Assembly: GCA_963675755.2 (NCBI GenBank)
Contig: CAXXMD010000003.1
Coordinates: 832,001 to 896,000, forward strand
Source: a bacterium
Lineage (GTDB): Bacteria > Zhuqueibacterota > Zhuqueibacteria > Residuimicrobiales > Krinioviventaceae
Direction: 5' to 3'
DNA length: 64,000 bases
Under the pieces are notes generated by a model. The model saw only the letters and a program-made list of their open reading frames with translations. It ran no database searches and had not been told where the DNA came from. This document shows, piece after piece, positions 60,101-64,000 of this stretch (its first letter is position 1; each line of letters begins with the position of its first letter). The translations under genes and the position numbers were made by a program.

Positions 60101-60304
60101 ATGGAAAGAGGTAAGGTAAAATGGTTTAATTCCTCAAAGGGTTTCGGATTCATAACAAAAGAATCTGGTGAAGACATTTTTGTTCACTATTCAGGTATTA
60201 ATGGTGATGGTTTTCGTTCTTTACAAGAAGGGGATTCTGTAGAATTCGAAATTGAGACTACAGACAAGGGACCTCAAGCGGCTAACGTAACGGTGGCACA
60301 ATAA
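60101..60304 (+). CDS. Cold-shock protein (CspA family)
   Basis: GKVKWFN, KGFGFI (RNP1), DIFVHYS (RNP2), GPQAANV. Confidence 0.97.
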   Translation: MERGKVKWFNSSKGFGFITKESGEDIFVHYSGINGDGFRSLQEGDSVEFEIETTDKGPQAANVTVAQ

Positions 60305-60328
60305 AAAAAAATTGATATCGAAAAATTT

Positions 60329-60354
60329 GGCCCTGGCAATTGCCAGGGCTTTTT
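60329..60354 (+). terminator. Intrinsic terminator after csp (probably bidirectional)
   Basis: GGCCCTGGCAATTGCCAGGGCT followed by TTTT. Confidence 0.8.
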
Positions 60355-60357
60355 AGT

Positions 60358-61344
60358 TTATAAATAGTTTAGATCGTATTTAATCCACATTTGCTTTGTC
60401 TCCCCCGGTTCTACAACCAACAGGTTTGATTCTTTTTTATATCCTTTTGCATACAAGTTATGCGCGTCTGGTGAACAGGTTTGGTTTTCCATACAAAAAC
60501 AATTCGGTGGCTGCGAATAAATAACCATATGCGTAAACTCGTCAGATGCTTCCATGGTAAAACGGATGCCGGCATCCCTGGCTTCCCACCAGCTCACATC
60601 ACCTTCTCCAAATCCCCAAAACACATCATCCAGTGGCAGGGTATTCAAAGGCTGTTCTGAACGGATATCTGGTGAAAACTGGTCCATACTTTCCATTTCA
60701 CCTGTGGGCATTAATCCATCTAACAGCATATGCTTTTGAGCGGGAGCCCCTAAAAAAGTGTTTTCTTTGGTGCCCGGTATATTGAAAAACGGATGCAGCG
60801 CAAAGCCAAAGGGCATGGGACGTTTATCGAAATTTTCCACACTGATGGTAATAGTAAGCCCTGATGCATTCAACAGGTATTTTTGTGAAATACGGTGATG
60901 AAACGGCCAAAGGAAATACAAAGCTTCACCCGGTTCAAAATCCAGATAGGTTTCTACCTCTGCACCCCGATGTGATGATTTGGGCTTTTTAAAATACCAT
61001 TGAATGTTATGAACAAATCCATGTATAAAATGTTCATTCCAGTTGGGAGTAAATTTAAAAGTCTCGTTATTAAATGTAAACTGACTGTCTTTCATTCGTC
61101 CCGGTGAAGGATACAATACCGGGGTCCCAAAATTGCGGCTCTTGAGTTCTTTCATCTCGGGTGCTTGAAACATTGCTTCATGATCGCCCAGTTTAAAGGA
61201 AAACAGATTTGAACCCGCTTTTGGCACAATGCCAACACTTTTGCACAATTCAGGGTATTTAACAACATGTTCTAAAAATACAACATCCCAACCCGATGCC
61301 TTATCAAAAGCCATTTCACTGGTAAACTTTTCAACGGGGGCCAT
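60358..61344 (-). CDS. Aldose 1-epimerase family protein
   Basis: GTPVLYPSPGR, IHGFV, FGFALHPFF, LDDVF, FCMENQT. Confidence 0.88.
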   Translation of the reverse strand: MAPVEKFTSEMAFDKASGWDVVFLEHVVKYPELCKSVGIVPKAGSNLFSFKLGDHEAMFQAPEMKELKSRNFGTPVLYPSPGRMKDSQFTFNNETFKFTPNWNEHFIHGFVHNIQWYFKKPKSSHRGAEVETYLDFEPGEALYFLWPFHHRISQKYLLNASGLTITISVENFDKRPMPFGFALHPFFNIPGTKENTFLGAPAQKHMLLDGLMPTGEMESMDQFSPDIRSEQPLNTLPLDDVFWGFGEGDVSWWEARDAGIRFTMEASDEFTHMVIYSQPPNCFCMENQTCSPDAHNLYAKGYKKESNLLVVEPGETKQMWIKYDLNYL

Positions 61345-61359
61345 TTCTAACTCCAAAAT

Positions 61360-62595
61360 TTATTTTTTACGTTTCTGATATGCGTCTGCTAGTTCCATAA
61401 ATATCTCTAAATCACTATCCAAATTGTTTTGAGTGCCATCAAAATAAAACACCCTTATGGGATAATCATCCAAATCTTTACCAAGCTTTGGGTACACACT
61501 TTCGGTAATAATACCATTCATACAGGTAAAAGGACTAATATCTATTACGCCGGCGGCACCTTTTTCATGATACCAGATGGTCCTTCCCACACTCATAACC
61601 ATCTCGCCATGAGAACCGTCACGAGGCAAATAAGGTTCACTTCGGTTCAACAATTCCAAAACATGGTGCGGTTCTTCATATCCCACAAAATCCTCTTTAA
61701 CCAGTTTCAGCAACGGATTTTCGTCCCAATGCATAACCTGCTGGCGCAGGCGGCATTTAAGCATGTCCATGGAAAAACGTTTACCTTGTCTCTCTAACCG
61801 GACCCGCTCTTCGTCATTGGTGTACCACACCCATTCCGAAACATCAGACATCCAAACTTCACCACCAAGGGATTCTATTTTTTTTATAATATAATCATTA
61901 CTAAAATCATTCAAACGACAAAAGATCTCACCCACAATACCAATTAAAACTTTTTTTTGCAATTTATCAACCTTGATCTTTCTAAACTGGTCACGGCTTT
62001 GCTTTAAAGCATCTAGAATGGCATTCGCACGAACCCGCAGGCTGACATCCTGGAGAGCAACAGCGTTACAGACACGGTCAAGAGATTCATTGAACACCTT
62101 GTCTGTGGTTCCGGTTTCCAGTTCGTAGGGCCGGGTTTTTAACTGGAGCTTGCGCAAAATATCAGAACAAACAACAGCCATCCACGCGGTTCGCAAAAAT
62201 CCGGCACTGCCGGTCTGAATATCGTTATAGCCGCTGTAACTGGTGGGAGCAAAGATCAACACATCTTCAGCGCGCTCTTTGAATACCCTGCGTGCCAATG
62301 GCAGGTAATGACCATAACGGCAGGGTCCGTTTGACGTTGGCAGCAAAAAAGCGGTTTTGTCAGGATCGTATTCCGGTAATTGAGTGACTTTGAGAAAATT
62401 GCCCAAAGTAATAGCTTCGGGAAGGCACTCATCACCAGACAAGTATTGACGGGCAAGCTCTAACGTATGCATATCGCTTTCAGGGGAGGGTTTTGCGTCT
62501 ACTCCCAGCGACTTGAATGCGGCTGCCATACAACGCGAACCGACATAAGACATTTGGGGAATATATAATGTACGGTCTTTTAAGGATTTCGACAT
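61360..62595 (-). CDS. 2-hydroxyacyl-CoA dehydratase/activase-associated protein
   Basis: GDECLP, GPCRYGHY, IGIVGEIFCR, PFTCM. Confidence 0.75.
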   Translation of the reverse strand: MSKSLKDRTLYIPQMSYVGSRCMAAAFKSLGVDAKPSPESDMHTLELARQYLSGDECLPEAITLGNFLKVTQLPEYDPDKTAFLLPTSNGPCRYGHYLPLARRVFKERAEDVLIFAPTSYSGYNDIQTGSAGFLRTAWMAVVCSDILRKLQLKTRPYELETGTTDKVFNESLDRVCNAVALQDVSLRVRANAILDALKQSRDQFRKIKVDKLQKKVLIGIVGEIFCRLNDFSNDYIIKKIESLGGEVWMSDVSEWVWYTNDEERVRLERQGKRFSMDMLKCRLRQQVMHWDENPLLKLVKEDFVGYEEPHHVLELLNRSEPYLPRDGSHGEMVMSVGRTIWYHEKGAAGVIDISPFTCMNGIITESVYPKLGKDLDDYPIRVFYFDGTQNNLDSDLEIFMELADAYQKRKK

Positions 62596-62597
62596 AT

Positions 62598-64000
62598 TTA
62601 AACTTTCCGGGACTCTAGCGTATTCATAACAGATGCGTTTGTGTGAGACAACAAACCTTTGCTGGTCAAAAAAGCTTCGCAGCGGGTCATAATTCCGGCA
62701 TCGTTACTGTGATCATCAAACTGTAATGTCAAATAGGGTGATCCTAAACTGTCACCCACAAAATGTTTAATATAAGAATCAGGCCCACATTTAAAATTGG
62801 TAATATAAATTGCAGAAAAGCCTGCTTGCCGACCGGTAAACGTGGCTGCCTGCATGATCTTGCGGCCATAATTCCAAAACATATTTTCATGGTACTCGTG
62901 TATATCTATATTTTCAAAAGGCAAAAATTCCATGGGGATAATATTCATCCCGTACTGGTCACGCAATTTGCCCGGTACATTCAAATTGATGCCTGAATCA
63001 AACAAATTATAAGGACGCCCCAACAGCACTACGGCTTTGTGCCCTTGCAATGAGGATAAAACAGAACGACCGATCTGTTTTATCTGTTTTTCAAAGCTTG
63101 CTTGGGCAGCAAATGCAAGGTCAACCGCATTGTCACTGTTTTTAACCGATGCTCCCAGTTTTTTGGCAAAAGGACGCATGGTACGTTTTATATAATCCAT
63201 ACCTTTTCGATATCGAATAACCGGTATGAGCATTTTGTCTATTATGCTCTGATCATATATTGTTGATTTTACCACATAAGGAACGGTTTGCTCCCAGGGG
63301 CAGTACCACGATTCTTTTTCAGGAAATTCAGTCTGAGCATTCACAATATTGGGAGACAAGATATAATCTACATCTTTATCCAGCAAATCCATAAAATGCC
63401 CATGCGCGGCAATGATAGGAAAACAGGGATCAGCAATAGCAAGTTCCCGCCCCTGTTTGACAATACTCTTGTGGGTAATATCAGATAATATGATTTCCGC
63501 ACCCAGATAACCAAAATAGGTTCGCCAAAAAGGAAACTGGTCATAAAAATACATGGTCCGGGGAACACCTATTTTCACACCCAAACCATCCGGACCCTGC
63601 ATATCTTGCAGCAGCAAATCATTATATGTTTTTATCAAATCCGGAATTACCGGTTTTTGATCAAATTTCTTCTTTTTTCTAAACCGATCAGAGCACTTGT
63701 CGCCCCAATAGGTCTTTTCACCTTCAACGGTACATTCCTGCACATCACACTGGTTCGAGCACGCTTTGCAGCGAATATTGCGTACCTTGAAATCTACTTT
63801 TGAAAGATCAAATCCTCTAAACCGGGAAGGACCGGGTTGTGATTGCATCTTTTCTTTTGCCAAAAGTGCGGCACCTACCGCACCCACTACTCCATTAAAG
63901 GGAGGTATTGTAATCGTTTTATCCAAAACCGTAGCAAAAGCGGCAGATACTGCCCTGTTATATGCAGTACCGCCTTGAAAGAAAATATGATCACCAATTT
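62598..64000 (-). CDS. Acyl-CoA dehydratase activase (BadF/BadG/BcrA/BcrD + DUF2229), C-terminal part; runs off the right edge of the window
   Basis: The frame stays open to the window edge (KIGDHIFFQGGTAYNRAV..GAVGAALLA); CKACSNQC, PCFP, CPW, LLGRPYN, NFKCGPD, TRCEAF. Confidence 0.85.
   Translation of the reverse strand, partial: IGDHIFFQGGTAYNRAVSAAFATVLDKTITIPPFNGVVGAVGAALLAKEKMQSQPGPSRFRGFDLSKVDFKVRNIRCKACSNQCDVQECTVEGEKTYWGDKCSDRFRKKKKFDQKPVIPDLIKTYNDLLLQDMQGPDGLGVKIGVPRTMYFYDQFPFWRTYFGYLGAEIILSDITHKSIVKQGRELAIADPCFPIIAAHGHFMDLLDKDVDYILSPNIVNAQTEFPEKESWYCPWEQTVPYVVKSTIYDQSIIDKMLIPVIRYRKGMDYIKRTMRPFAKKLGASVKNSDNAVDLAFAAQASFEKQIKQIGRSVLSSLQGHKAVVLLGRPYNLFDSGINLNVPGKLRDQYGMNIIPMEFLPFENIDIHEYHENMFWNYGRKIMQAATFTGRQAGFSAIYITNFKCGPDSYIKHFVGDSLGSPYLTLQFDDHSNDAGIMTRCEAFLTSKGLLSHTNASVMNTLESRKV

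Overview
Bacterial chromosomal window of moderately low GC, with about 55 CDS. No rRNA, tRNA, CRISPR array, transposase, integrase or reverse transcriptase was seen. Canonical TTGACA/TATAAT-type promoters and SD sites, a T9SS-type C-terminal sorting domain, BshA and an Spt-like enzyme suggest an FCB-affiliated lineage such as KSB1 or Calditrichota (inference). Core blocks are bshA-SDR-bcp-larA, lepA-ABC-lepB-lepB-hemW, a TetR/CDP-alcohol transferase/RND efflux unit bracketed by two paralogous TPR lipoproteins, several glycan-active lipoproteins, an spt-like gene with a divergent SDR, plsC-trxA-manC-PTS IIA, csp and CoA-activase genes. The most unusual part is an AT-rich island at about 31.97-37.66 kb encoding outer-membrane beta-barrels and an LRR lipoprotein. 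It is bounded and subdivided by three same-orientation copies of a 102-nt multi-hairpin element. It also holds a 449-bp promoter-carrying direct repeat and two diverged 5' leaders that share repeated GGG-loop hairpins. Other points of note are a TTCGACC-N13-GGTCGAA operator pair, an MNT-HEPN module apparently inserted into a palindrome, a triply frameshifted ABC permease and many tandem paralogs. All calls come from reading the sequence by eye; no database searches were run.
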